From IMG/VR virus record IMGVR_UViG_3300035495_000018, positions 24,104-88,103 of that record: 64,000 nt of DNA; one strand, given 5' to 3'. The notes beneath the pieces are model-generated. The model was not told the origin of the DNA. It searched no databases and saw nothing but the letters and a program-made list of their open reading frames with translations. The position numbers and the translations under genes are program-made. This document shows, in pieces, positions 48,232-59,323 of the stretch (positions are counted from its first letter, which is position 1; each line of letters opens with the position of its first letter). Source of the stretch: a virus (Duplodnaviria; Heunggongvirae; Uroviricota; Caudoviricetes; Crassvirales).

Positions 48232-50482
48232 TAAGTATCAAACTCCTCTAACTGATGAGCTCCTTGACTCTCTACCACAGGAAGTTAGGGACCAGTTATT
48301 GGATATAATAAATAATGTAGAGTTTGTCAGGAGACTGGTTTCTCCTGATAGACAATATGCCAAGGATAGACCTAGGGATGATAGAGGTAGAATTATAATA
48401 GATTTAGCCAATCCACATATAGTGGAGAATGTAGACTACTTTAGACCTACTGCAATACATTATCAGAAGTATGGTTGCTTTACTAATCTAAGACCTAATG
48501 CAAACCCTAACAGTGAGTATGGCAAATGGATTAGGGAGGAGAAAAGAAGATGCTGGGAAGGTTATGTAAGAGAGAGTGACGGAGAGTGGATAACAGGATA
48601 TATGTATTGGTTCTTGAACTACTCTCCTATAATGCTCTCTAAGATTATCAAAGGAACCAAGAGGGCAAACAGAGTTGAAGACTTCCCAGAATTCTGGGAA
48701 GGCATTTACTGGAGATTCCATTATATGGAACAAGCTGCAAATGGTGGTCTTTATAATAACTTTGAGGGAGGTCAGCATTGTGCTGAACTCGCATCAAGAG
48801 GTAAGGGTAAGTCTTTCTCCCTTGCATCTATCCTGAGTCATGACTTCATATTAGGAGTAAATGAGATTGCGCACTATAAAGTAATGTCTGTAGTTACTGC
48901 TTATCAGAAAGAGTACTTGACAAAGGACGGTGTGCTCAATAAGTTCTCCTCTATGGCTAACTTCTGTGCGGAGCATACTCAGTTTCCTAGAAAGAGACTG
49001 AAATCTTCTATGCAGGAGATGACTTGGGTAATGGGATATAAGGATGTAGAACTTGATGTGGAAAGAGGCACTCTTAATAATATTCTTGGTGTATCATCTA
49101 AGGATGACGAATCAAAGCTTAGAGGTAAAAGAGCTGCGCACATTCTGATTGAAGAGTTTGGTACATTTCCTAGGTTGACTGATATGTACAATGTCCTTAC
49201 TCCTTCTGTAGAGGAAGGTGATATTGTGTTTGGTCAGATATATATGCTTGGTACTGCTGGTGATAATGAGTCAGACTTTGCTGGTGCTCAGGAAATTATG
49301 TACAATCCTAAAGGTTATAGGATGTATGCACTACCAAATGTATTTGATAAGAACAATCAAGGTAGACCTAACTTTGTATTCTTCTTCCCTGGTTACATAA
49401 ATAGAAAGGGCTGTTATAATGAGGATGGAGTGTCTGATGTAATCAAGGCTCTTATTGAGATTCTGATGAACAGATATACAAAGAAGTATAATTCATCTGA
49501 CCCTAACACTATTATAAAGGTAATAGCCGAAGTTCCTGTTACTCCAGCAGAAGCTATAGTAAAGACAGGAGTCAATATGTTCCCAGTAGTTGACCTTACT
49601 GAAAGGCTACAGCAATTGGACAATAACCCAAGAGAGTATGATGATGTCTATACAGGAGAATTAGTTATTAATAGTAAGGGTGATATAGAATTCAAGCCTA
49701 CTGCTGTTCAACCTATCAGAGAGTTCCCACACAAGGACAATAAGATAGAGGGAGCTGTGGAGATATTCCAGCTGCCTGAGATAGATAGAAGTACTGAGAG
49801 ACCATACAATGGAAGATACATTTTAGGGTGTGACCCTTATGATGATGATGCTTCAAATACTATGTCATTAGGTTCTGTCTTTGTACTTGATTTGTGGACA
49901 GATAAAATAGTGGCAGAGTATACAGGTAGACCTATGTTTGCTGATGACTTCTATGAGATATGTAGAAGGATGTGTTTGTTCTATAATGGTAGAATGAACT
50001 ATGAGAACAACAAGAAGGGTTTATTCTCATACTTCTCACAGAGAAACTGTACTTACCTTTTGACAGAACAGCTTGAATTCCTTAAGGATAAACAACTTAT
50101 AAAGGATACTGGTTATGGTAATAAAGCAAGAGGTACTAATGCTACTGCTGCTATTAATGCCTATGCTAGAAATCTACTCAGGGCTTGGTTACTCAGACCT
50201 ACTATTATAGTACAAGAGGTTGATGGAGAGCCTACAGAAGTTGCAGTTCCTTCATTGTTTACATTGAGGAGTAGAGCCTTAATCAAAGAGCTCATCAACT
50301 ATAATAGTGAAGGTAACTTTGATAGAATTTCATCAATGGGTATGTTGATGCTTCTAAGAGAAGATAAGATGATTACATACCAAGGTAATGTATCAAAGGA
50401 GAGGGAAGAGAAAGCATCTTCCTCATACCTAGGTAATGACCCCTTCTTTAGTAGGAACTATAAATCAGTAAATTTAGCATAA
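48221..50482 (+). CDS. terL: Terminase large subunit
   Basis: Walker A SRGKGKS, Walker B ILIEEFG, C-terminal RNaseH-like nuclease acidic residues (ILGCDPYDDDA). Confidence 0.75.
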   Translation: MEFNKYQTPLTDELLDSLPQEVRDQLLDIINNVEFVRRLVSPDRQYAKDRPRDDRGRIIIDLANPHIVENVDYFRPTAIHYQKYGCFTNLRPNANPNSEYGKWIREEKRRCWEGYVRESDGEWITGYMYWFLNYSPIMLSKIIKGTKRANRVEDFPEFWEGIYWRFHYMEQAANGGLYNNFEGGQHCAELASRGKGKSFSLASILSHDFILGVNEIAHYKVMSVVTAYQKEYLTKDGVLNKFSSMANFCAEHTQFPRKRLKSSMQEMTWVMGYKDVELDVERGTLNNILGVSSKDDESKLRGKRAAHILIEEFGTFPRLTDMYNVLTPSVEEGDIVFGQIYMLGTAGDNESDFAGAQEIMYNPKGYRMYALPNVFDKNNQGRPNFVFFFPGYINRKGCYNEDGVSDVIKALIEILMNRYTKKYNSSDPNTIIKVIAEVPVTPAEAIVKTGVNMFPVVDLTERLQQLDNNPREYDDVYTGELVINSKGDIEFKPTAVQPIREFPHKDNKIEGAVEIFQLPEIDRSTERPYNGRYILGCDPYDDDASNTMSLGSVFVLDLWTDKIVAEYTGRPMFADDFYEICRRMCLFYNGRMNYENNKKGLFSYFSQRNCTYLLTEQLEFLKDKQLIKDTGYGNKARGTNATAAINAYARNLLRAWLLRPTIIVQEVDGEPTEVAVPSLFTLRSRALIKELINYNSEGNFDRISSMGMLMLLREDKMITYQGNVSKEREEKASSSYLGNDPFFSRNYKSVNLA

Positions 50483-50529
50483 TAGGGGTTTCTTAATAAG
50501 AAATTCACTAAAATACTTGTGCGTATAGA

Positions 50530-50537
50530 ATGTTTTT
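50530..50537 (+). promoter_or_regulatory. -7 element TAccTTTG upstream of the portal gene
   Basis: Matches Bacteroidota TAnnTTTG; -33 region weaker (CTTG). Confidence 0.35.
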
Positions 50538-50568
50538 ACTACCTTTGCACAATAAAAGTTGAAAGAGT

Positions 50569-52962
50569 ATGAATGAAATAATGCAATTTCCACCACAACA
50601 ATTACCTTTCTCCAAGAAGACAAAAGCTTGGAGAAAGAAACATTGTGATTGGGCGGCGAGTAAAGCCTTTTTCAACTACTCCCCAGTTAGAAAGAGTGTC
50701 CTTCATAAGAAGATAAACTATGACCTTCTTAATGGAAAGTTATATATGAAGGACCTCATGTTGGTAATAAACCCTGACAACATTAAGGCAGGTTTTATAC
50801 CTGACAAGATTCAACACTATCCTATCATGAATTCCAAGTTGAATGTATTGAGAGGAGAGGAATCTAAAAGAGTTTTTGACTACAGGGTAGTTATAACCAA
50901 TCCCAATGCTATATCAGAGATTGAGAATAACAAGAAGGCAGAGTTGATGCAGAGACTTCAACAGATGGTAGCTGACACTTCTCAATCAGAGGAAGAGTTC
51001 AATGCAGAGCTTGATAAACTCAATGAGTTCATTACTTATGAGTGGCAAGACATGAGAGAGATAAGAGCCAATGCTCTACTTAATCATTATGTGAAAGAGC
51101 TCAACATGCCCCTTATGTTTAATAAGGGATTCATGGATGCAATGGCTGTGGCAGAGGAAGTTTATATGTGTGATATAGTAGGTGGAGAACCTACTATTGA
51201 AAGGCTTGACCCATGTAAACTCAGGGTGTTTAGGTCTGGTTATTCAGACAGAATTGAGGATGCTGATGTAATTATCTATGAGGACTATTGGAGTCCAGGT
51301 AAGATTATAGATACATTCTATGATAGCTTGAACTCTGATGATATAAAGTACATAGAGAATATTCCAAATAACCCTTATGGAGAACAGGGTGATGTTGAAC
51401 CTGACCCTAGGTTAGAGTTCCTACCAACAGGTGGTATTATAGGTGATGATGAAATCATGGACCCCAGTCAATTGTTCACAGAGAGCTATGACAATTCAAT
51501 GATGCCTTATGATACTGCTGGGAACATTAGAGTGATAAGGATATTCTGGAAGTCAAGAAGAAAGATTAAGAAGGTTAAGTCCTATGACCCTCAGACAGGT
51601 GAAGAAACCTTCAACTTCTATCCTGAGACCTATGTTATTAATGAGGCTCTTGGTGAGGAAGAAGAGACACTTTGGATTAATGAGGCATGGGAAGGAACTA
51701 AGATTGGAGAGAATATATATGTCAATATGAGACCTAGGGTAGTTCAGTACAATAGACTGTCCAATCCTTCAAGGTGTCACTTTGGTATTATAGGTTCAAT
51801 CTATAACCTTAATCAGAGTAAGCCTTTCTCCTTAGTTGATATGATGAAGCCGTACAACTATTTGTATGATGCTATTCATGACAGGCTTAATAAGATGCTT
51901 GCTAAGAACTGGGGTAAGATTATTACTCTTGACCTTGCGAAGGTTCCTGCTAAGTGGGACATTGATAAATGGATGTACTATGCAAAGACCAATAACATAG
52001 CAGTTATTGATAGTTTCAAGGAAGGTAACATTGGTGCTGCTACAGGTAAACTTGCAGGTGCTCTTAATAATGCAAGCTCAGGTGTAATTGATGCTGAACT
52101 TGGTAATTCAATACAGCAAAGTATCAATCTTCTTGAGTTCATTAAACTGGAGATGGCTGATGTGGCTGGTATCTCTAAACAGAGAGAAGGTCAGATTAGT
52201 AACAGAGAAACTGTTGGTGGTGTAGAAAGAGCTACTTTACAGTCTTCACATATTACAGAGTGGCTATTCATCACCCATGATGATGTAAAGAGAAGGGCCC
52301 TTGAATGTTTCTTGGAAACTGCCAAGATAGCATTAAAAGGAAGAAATAAAAAGTTCCAATACATCCTGTCTGATAACTCAATGAGAGTTATGGATATTGA
52401 TGGTGATGAATTTGCTGAGTGTGACTATGGTCTTGTAGTAGACAATAGCAATGCTATTCAAGAACTTCAACAGAAGATGGATATGCTTGCACAGGCTGCT
52501 CTACAGAATCAAACATTGAACTTCTCTACTATTATGAAGCTTTATAATAGCTCATCTCTTGCAGAGAAACAAAGAATGGTTGAAAAGAATGAAGCAGAAC
52601 TTCTACAGAGACAACAAGAGGCTCAACAGCAACAGTTAGAGCAACAGCAGCAACAAGCTGAAATGGAAGCTCAAGCTAAGGAAGCTGAAATGCAACTTAA
52701 AGACCAGTTGAATCAAAGGGATAATGAAACCAAGATTATTATTGCTACTATCTCAGCCAATAATAATCAGTCATCAGATGATGGCATTCAGGAACCTGAG
52801 TTCTCTGAGGAGGCTAAAGCCAAGCTGCTAGAAAATATGAGACAGTTTGATGAAAGGCTTAAGCTTGACAGAGATAGGCTGGCATTTGATAAAGATAAGG
52901 CTAGAACTGATGCTGAGCTTAAAAGAAAGCAGATAAATAAATCCAATAAAACAAGTAAGTAA
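50569..52962 (+). CDS. Portal protein
   Basis: 797 aa immediately after TerL; C-terminal Q/E-rich coiled coil; gene order typical of crAss-like phages. Confidence 0.6.
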   Translation: MNEIMQFPPQQLPFSKKTKAWRKKHCDWAASKAFFNYSPVRKSVLHKKINYDLLNGKLYMKDLMLVINPDNIKAGFIPDKIQHYPIMNSKLNVLRGEESKRVFDYRVVITNPNAISEIENNKKAELMQRLQQMVADTSQSEEEFNAELDKLNEFITYEWQDMREIRANALLNHYVKELNMPLMFNKGFMDAMAVAEEVYMCDIVGGEPTIERLDPCKLRVFRSGYSDRIEDADVIIYEDYWSPGKIIDTFYDSLNSDDIKYIENIPNNPYGEQGDVEPDPRLEFLPTGGIIGDDEIMDPSQLFTESYDNSMMPYDTAGNIRVIRIFWKSRRKIKKVKSYDPQTGEETFNFYPETYVINEALGEEEETLWINEAWEGTKIGENIYVNMRPRVVQYNRLSNPSRCHFGIIGSIYNLNQSKPFSLVDMMKPYNYLYDAIHDRLNKMLAKNWGKIITLDLAKVPAKWDIDKWMYYAKTNNIAVIDSFKEGNIGAATGKLAGALNNASSGVIDAELGNSIQQSINLLEFIKLEMADVAGISKQREGQISNRETVGGVERATLQSSHITEWLFITHDDVKRRALECFLETAKIALKGRNKKFQYILSDNSMRVMDIDGDEFAECDYGLVVDNSNAIQELQQKMDMLAQAALQNQTLNFSTIMKLYNSSSLAEKQRMVEKNEAELLQRQQEAQQQQLEQQQQQAEMEAQAKEAEMQLKDQLNQRDNETKIIIATISANNNQSSDDGIQEPEFSEEAKAKLLENMRQFDERLKLDRDRLAFDKDKARTDAELKRKQINKSNKTSK

Positions 52963-53342
52963 TGTTTTTCACAACGGATGACTATAAAAAGATACAGCAA
53001 TGGTTGCAGCATAACTCTGTAAAGGATACAGACCTACCAGACACTGGAGAGCTAAAGGGAACTGAGACTCTTGTTATAGTGCAGAATGGTAAGAATGTCA
53101 AAGTATCTCTCTCTGAGTTTGTTGACCAACTGTTCCTATTAGGTATTCCTGATTTTGTAAATGCTACTGATAAGTTTGATGCTCATAGTTTGGATGATGT
53201 TATAAAAGCAATTCCATATAGAGCAAGAAAGATAGGTCAGATGGTTACCTTTATTACTGATGAAGGTGATTGGAAGGTATATCAATTCAGGGGTCAGAGA
53301 GTTAATCAATGGAATACTAATTCCTTATGGGTTGAATTATAA
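52962..53342 (+). CDS. hypothetical structural-module protein
   Basis: 126-aa ORF. Confidence 0.4.
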   Translation: MFFTTDDYKKIQQWLQHNSVKDTDLPDTGELKGTETLVIVQNGKNVKVSLSEFVDQLFLLGIPDFVNATDKFDAHSLDDVIKAIPYRARKIGQMVTFITDEGDWKVYQFRGQRVNQWNTNSLWVEL

Positions 53343-53347
53343 ATAAT

Positions 53348-54454
53348 ATGGCAGAACAACTAGTAAAGAAAGAAGGTCAGGGGTATAATAGAGTGTACCC
53401 CAAGACCTTTACAGATGCAGTAGTAGATAGAGCTACTGGTCAAAGTCTTATAGATATTCTTGCTAACTTCAACTGTTACTTCCTATCCTATGCTGGGGAT
53501 GATGAGACTACAAGACTACAAGTTCCTTCTTCACTAAGAAGGCAGGGTCTTTGGATTACTTATGTTCCCTACAATGGAACTATAACAGTAGAATACTACT
53601 CATCTAATGAACTGGATGATGACTCTTGGAAGTCAAGTAAGAACTGGATGAAGGGTTCTAATAACCTTGTAGGTGATGTTACTATTTCATCTGAAGGGCA
53701 CTGGATTGTAAATGGTATTGACACTGGTGTTACAGCAAGTGGAGAATCAGGTACTTCACCACTTATTAGAATAGAGAACAACAGATTCCAGGTATCCTAT
53801 AATGAAGGTAGAAGCTTTGTTAATCTTAGTGATGTACCTGTGTATTCACAGTTCAGAGTTGAGGGTAACAAGCTACAAATCTCTACTGACCTTGGAGGTA
53901 GCTGGCAGGATGTCAGTGACCCTATTGCCGCTTGGTTCAGGTGGGTTGAAGGTGACTTCAATACTGTAGGTAAGATTCAGATAAGTAGAGACCAAGAGAC
54001 TTGGACTGACCTTACTCCTTCTATCTCTAATACTCTTAAGGTACAGGCATATTACAAGAGCCTTAATGATGCTCCTGATACAGCAGCTGAAGGTTACATT
54101 ATCATGGTTGGTCCATTCTATGATGAGTCTAACTCACCTAAGTATGAGCTATACATTTATCTTAATAGTGGATGGTTTGACGTAGGTTCTTTCCAAAGTA
54201 TCCAGTCTGGTGTTACAGGAGAGATTGATGAGAGTGGTGCTGATATTGGTCTGGTAGTACCTACTTCAGAAGCTGTCATTGACTACATAAAACCACTCAA
54301 AGAAAGAGTTGAAACTCTTGAAGGTCAACTAAACAACCTCACTATTGAGACACCTCTCAGTGAGTCAGACTTTGAGTCATTAGAAGGCAATGGTGAGCTT
54401 AAGGAAAACAGCCTCTACTTTGTATTTGAGAATGATGAAGAGGAGGGTACCTAA
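53348..54454 (+). CDS. hypothetical structural protein
   Basis: 368-aa ORF. Confidence 0.45.
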   Translation: MAEQLVKKEGQGYNRVYPKTFTDAVVDRATGQSLIDILANFNCYFLSYAGDDETTRLQVPSSLRRQGLWITYVPYNGTITVEYYSSNELDDDSWKSSKNWMKGSNNLVGDVTISSEGHWIVNGIDTGVTASGESGTSPLIRIENNRFQVSYNEGRSFVNLSDVPVYSQFRVEGNKLQISTDLGGSWQDVSDPIAAWFRWVEGDFNTVGKIQISRDQETWTDLTPSISNTLKVQAYYKSLNDAPDTAAEGYIIMVGPFYDESNSPKYELYIYLNSGWFDVGSFQSIQSGVTGEIDESGADIGLVVPTSEAVIDYIKPLKERVETLEGQLNNLTIETPLSESDFESLEGNGELKENSLYFVFENDEEEGT

Positions 54455-54619
54455 TGGCACTATACTATAAAGACAAAGAGATAATAGCTGTATATTATGG
54501 AAGCAAAGTAATTACAGCTATTTATAAAGGTGCTAAAGTAATCTGGGAGGCAGCTCTTAGATTGTGGAAAGGCACTCAAGTATGGAAATCAAGTGAAACT
54601 TGGAAATATTAAATAATTT

Positions 54620-57600
54620 ATGGCAAGTCTAAATTCAGACAAAGGGGCTATTACATCTCTTGACCAATCCTGGGAAGGCCATAGCCACTATGAGGTTGAG
54701 CAGTTTCTCAAGGACCAAATAGAAACCCTGGGTGGTCAGGTTGTAAGGTCTAAGATTTCTCTTGCAATTGATGGTAATTCTATCAAGTCATTCCTTAATG
54801 GAGCAAGCAATGTATCCTTCGGATACACTGTAACCTACACTAAGGATAATGTAGATATGACCTCTTGTAAGATTAGAATCTCTGTTGGAAGCAAGGTTGT
54901 ATACAATGGAGATACAGTAGCTGGAAGTTTAGCACAGTCTCCTAACATTGCATCATACCTTAATGCTCTGAGTGACTCAGTAATCTATGTTACTCTTAGA
55001 GCTTATGATATTGATGATGAAGGTAATGAAACAGCTTATAGTACTGCTAGAATTACCTATAATAAGCAGACTGCAACAACTGTAAATACAGTTGCTCTAG
55101 GTACTGTAGACCCTGCTACATTAACATTCAATATTAACTTCTCTACAGATGAAGCTACCCTATTTGCAGAATTCTATGATGCTAGTGGTGTAACTCTGCT
55201 ATCTACTGTTAAGAGAACCTTCACTTCTAAAGGTGATGCTACAGTACAGGTTCCTACATTAACTAAGGGTGCCCATGTAGTTAAGGCTTATCTAGTATTG
55301 AATGACATTGAGGAGACAAGGGGTAACACAGCAAGTACTACTATTATCAGTACTAATGGTGCTAATGATGGAGACATCTTTATAGTTGTAGGTACTGTAG
55401 ATGATGCAGTTGTAAATGACTATGTAGATATTCAGTTCTCTGCTTATGTTTACAGAACAAGCAATGTAGGTGATGAAGTAATTCCTATAGCTATGGAAGA
55501 GCTGTCAGGAAATACTTATGTAACAAAGGCTGTCAGAAATGCAGCTAATGGTGCTAGACAAACATGGCACTATCTTGTTAAGTCAGACCTTGTAAATCTA
55601 AGAATCGGTGTTCCTCAGGTTGATAGCAATGGTGACCTTGTGTACAGTAGAACTGGTGTTCTTCAGTTTGAAGAGGGTGATGGTAACCCTGTACAGTTCT
55701 CATTTGAAGCAACACAATCTACTATTAACTGGGTTACTCCAGAGAACTCAGTAGCATATTTCACTGCACAAAATAAGTCAAACAATGACTTTGATATTGG
55801 CACATGGGAGAACAGTGGTAAGAGCTTTGCCTTTGAAGATGTTCAGTGGAATAGTGCTGGTAGTGGCTGGAAGGACATTAAATTCAAATCAGGCTCACCT
55901 GTTGATGATTCAACTACTACTGACAAGTATGATAATACTTCGACTGCCCTTCACCTTGTAGGTACTTCTAAAGCCTATATAAAGGACTTCTATCCATTCT
56001 ATGATACTACTGTAGCTGCAACTCTGTCAGGTGGTGGTATCCTTGCTAAGGGTAGAACTCTGAAGATGTCCTTTATGATAAGGAATGTAAGTAATCCAGA
56101 TGAAAGAATCATTGATTGCTTTGATGACCAAAGCAAGACAGGTTTCTATGTAACTGGTAATGCTATTTACATTAACCTTGGAGAGGAGCTTGTAAGTCTT
56201 CCTGAGGAAGGTCAAGCTAAGGCAGGTCACAATGCTAGAAGGTTCTCTGCTGATACCAAGTTGGATTTGACTATTACAGTACAGCCTTACTATGAGAATG
56301 GTGCTGAAACTAAGCATGAACTTAGATACTATATCAATGGTGAGATTGCTGGTTTTGCTGTGCTTGAAGCTACAAGCTTGTCACAGACTAATCCTACTCT
56401 ACTTAAGTTTGGTGGTAGTGGTGCTATCCTAGACCTGTTTGATGTTAGATACTATGATAAGGCTCTTAGTTCATTTAAAGTTCTTCAGATGAGAACTATG
56501 GACCTTGATAGTTCAGCAGAGATTGCAGAGACATTTAATAAGAACAACTTCTATGAAACTGACTCTGATGGTTCTCCTGTAATCACTCTTTCAGAAGCTA
56601 TTGAATATGGTAAGTATCTAGCTTCACAAGGAATCACTGACTTTGCAGTCTGGGCTTGTACAAACCTATGTAATGGTGAAGCCTACATTGGTAATACAAA
56701 AACTCACTCTACTAGAGCTGAATCCTTCTACCTATATAAGTTTAAGCAGGATGCTGATGGTAAGGGTATAATTGACCCTGACTACACTATCTTTGTAGAA
56801 GCTATGGGTATTGATACAGATAAGGCTGAATCTTACCTTAGGCTTAGAAGACAGGGTACCTCTACTGCTTCTTCTACTAAGGGTAATATCAGACTTGATG
56901 TTAGAAATACTTGTAGAATCCATAAGTACAATGCCTCTACAGGCAAGTTCTACGAATGGGATGGTGACCCAACTCACTGCTATGAAGTTAAAAAGAAGGC
57001 TGCTATTTGGCAGATTCCTAATGATGATACTATTGCTTGTCAGCTTTTGACTTGTAAGAAAAACCCTAATGAATCTACACAAGCAAGAAACCTACCTACT
57101 GCTAAGTGGTATGAAGACTGCTGTAGATACCTCGCTACTATAAATACAGGTACTTCCAGTGCTCCTGTTTATAAGTATGAAGACTGTCTTACAATGCCTC
57201 AGAGAAAAGAGCTTCAGAGTATCATTGAGAATAACCCTGACCTAAGTAGAACTGACCAAATAGCTAAGATTAAAACAAGACAATGTGTGAATGGTATTCC
57301 TAGCCTTGGCTTTGAGATTGGTTACTCTGATGATGATTCTACTAAGAATGACCCTCTTTCAAATACAGCTACCTTTGGTGGTCAGTTTGACCTTATCACT
57401 GATAAATCAAACATGACAGTGTTTGGATTTGGTGGTTACAATACTCAAGATGCTGATGGCAATGTTACTTGGCATAGCAATGAAGATGATGAGGACTTCT
57501 CTGCTGAATGGAGACAGAATGATTCTGCTGTATGTAACTTCCTTACTGCTGACCTAAGTACTCTCTCTGGTGATGGTAGTTATGCTGCAAAGGCTATGGA

Positions 57601-59323
57601 ATACAGATACCCTGTAGATTATCCTACTGAGGATGTTGTAACTCCTGTTTCCCCTGCTGCTAACTCTGATACATGGAAGGAGCTTTATCCTAATGGTACT
57701 AGAGGTATGGCACTTGATGGTCCTATTCAAAGGCTATTTGACTTTGTTAGAACTTGTGCCCTTGATAAGGCTGATGTAGCTAATGAAGGTACTTACTATA
57801 GTGGTGGTGAAGTTCAGAACTACACAAAGCCAGGCCAAATACCTATTGGTGAAGTTACTCTTGGTGAAGCTAATCTTAATCCTTCTGCCTACACTTGGAA
57901 GACAGATAATGTAACCAACAGAGTTGAGAAGTTCCATACTGAACTTGGTCACTATGTAACTGTCAATCAAATTCTGTTCAATGGTCTTGCAATCATTGCT
58001 GCTCTAATGTGTGACCAGGATACTAAGAACCAATTCTTCACTCACTTTACTGGTGAGTATGATGAAAATGGTAAGCAAATCCTTAGACTTCTAGGTTATG
58101 ACTTTGACTCATCTTGGGGTATTGATAATGATAACTTCTTTAGATTCCTCTATACAGTTCTATATGATGATGGTCTATATGATGGTAGAGGTATTGACCC
58201 AGTAACAAAGGAAGAGAAAGGCCCTATGTTCTGGAAACTTATCTTCAAAGCATTCAAGAGTGAAATGGCTACAATAGCTAATCTTCTTTACTCTGGATTC
58301 CTAAGTAAGGATGCTCTCTTGAAGTACATGGAGACTAATCAGGTTAATCTGTACAATGCTCTTATCTACAATGCTAACTCTGAGTACTCTTATACATCAA
58401 GTGCTGCTGACTACCTAAAGACCCATGGTTCTGCTAAAGAGCATACTAGATGGTTTATTGAAGGTAGAATGCACTTCTTGAGTGGTAGACTTAGTGTAGG
58501 TTCTACAACTGTTGGTGGTGACTTTGCAACAAATGCAGCTAACTTCAACCTTGCAATCTTCTCTAATGAGCTTATAGCAGAGTATCCTCTGAATGCAGCT
58601 AATAGAGGTAAGGATGATTGGGCTATTGAAGTTCAGGGCTATGAAAGAACAGCAGCTTGTTTAAGATATGGTGCTAGTGGTTTCTTCCCTGTAGTTGAGG
58701 TCAATGTAAACACTACATATGATTCAAACTATAAGCCAATAAATGTTGAATATGAGACTGCTGTAGTCAAGGCTGACTCTACTATTGGTTCATCTGCTGG
58801 TGATAATAGATTGGCTATATTTGGTGGTAAACACTTAAAGTCTGTTAAGGGCTTGTCAAGATGGTATATTGCTAATGTAATGGACTGGGGTGATTTAACC
58901 AATATTGAGGAACTTGAGATTGGTAGTACTGAGAACTTGGGTACTGAAGAGAATCCTGAGTACTATAGAAATCCTAACCTTACTTCACTTGCACTATCTA
59001 AGACCTTTGGTTCTTGCAAGAAGTTCAATACTGCTGGTTGTCCTAGCCTTCAGGGTAACTTCAGCTTGAGCAGCTTCCCAGTACTTGAGGAGTTTGAAGG
59101 TATTAGAATGGATGGTGTAACTTCAATTACACTTCCTATTAGTAATAGCTTGAAGAAGATTAGCTATCCTAAGAACCTTACTTCTTGGACAGTAGACAAT
59201 AAGCCTAATCTTGAAAGTATCACCTTTGAAGGTACAGACTCATTGACTTCTATCAGTGTTACTAATTCAAGTCAGTATGCAGCAAGTTATGCAGTAACTC
59301 TACTTAATAATATATTAGTATGA
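54620..59323 (+). CDS. Large virion/tail protein (1,567 aa) with leucine-rich-repeat-like C-terminus
   Basis: Long ORF; C-terminal NLTSL..L..N.. repeats; stop overlaps next gene start (ATGA). Confidence 0.5.
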   Translation: MASLNSDKGAITSLDQSWEGHSHYEVEQFLKDQIETLGGQVVRSKISLAIDGNSIKSFLNGASNVSFGYTVTYTKDNVDMTSCKIRISVGSKVVYNGDTVAGSLAQSPNIASYLNALSDSVIYVTLRAYDIDDEGNETAYSTARITYNKQTATTVNTVALGTVDPATLTFNINFSTDEATLFAEFYDASGVTLLSTVKRTFTSKGDATVQVPTLTKGAHVVKAYLVLNDIEETRGNTASTTIISTNGANDGDIFIVVGTVDDAVVNDYVDIQFSAYVYRTSNVGDEVIPIAMEELSGNTYVTKAVRNAANGARQTWHYLVKSDLVNLRIGVPQVDSNGDLVYSRTGVLQFEEGDGNPVQFSFEATQSTINWVTPENSVAYFTAQNKSNNDFDIGTWENSGKSFAFEDVQWNSAGSGWKDIKFKSGSPVDDSTTTDKYDNTSTALHLVGTSKAYIKDFYPFYDTTVAATLSGGGILAKGRTLKMSFMIRNVSNPDERIIDCFDDQSKTGFYVTGNAIYINLGEELVSLPEEGQAKAGHNARRFSADTKLDLTITVQPYYENGAETKHELRYYINGEIAGFAVLEATSLSQTNPTLLKFGGSGAILDLFDVRYYDKALSSFKVLQMRTMDLDSSAEIAETFNKNNFYETDSDGSPVITLSEAIEYGKYLASQGITDFAVWACTNLCNGEAYIGNTKTHSTRAESFYLYKFKQDADGKGIIDPDYTIFVEAMGIDTDKAESYLRLRRQGTSTASSTKGNIRLDVRNTCRIHKYNASTGKFYEWDGDPTHCYEVKKKAAIWQIPNDDTIACQLLTCKKNPNESTQARNLPTAKWYEDCCRYLATINTGTSSAPVYKYEDCLTMPQRKELQSIIENNPDLSRTDQIAKIKTRQCVNGIPSLGFEIGYSDDDSTKNDPLSNTATFGGQFDLITDKSNMTVFGFGGYNTQDADGNVTWHSNEDDEDFSAEWRQNDSAVCNFLTADLSTLSGDGSYAAKAMEYRYPVDYPTEDVVTPVSPAANSDTWKELYPNGTRGMALDGPIQRLFDFVRTCALDKADVANEGTYYSGGEVQNYTKPGQIPIGEVTLGEANLNPSAYTWKTDNVTNRVEKFHTELGHYVTVNQILFNGLAIIAALMCDQDTKNQFFTHFTGEYDENGKQILRLLGYDFDSSWGIDNDNFFRFLYTVLYDDGLYDGRGIDPVTKEEKGPMFWKLIFKAFKSEMATIANLLYSGFLSKDALLKYMETNQVNLYNALIYNANSEYSYTSSAADYLKTHGSAKEHTRWFIEGRMHFLSGRLSVGSTTVGGDFATNAANFNLAIFSNELIAEYPLNAANRGKDDWAIEVQGYERTAACLRYGASGFFPVVEVNVNTTYDSNYKPINVEYETAVVKADSTIGSSAGDNRLAIFGGKHLKSVKGLSRWYIANVMDWGDLTNIEELEIGSTENLGTEENPEYYRNPNLTSLALSKTFGSCKKFNTAGCPSLQGNFSLSSFPVLEEFEGIRMDGVTSITLPISNSLKKISYPKNLTSWTVDNKPNLESITFEGTDSLTSISVTNSSQYAASYAVTLLNNILV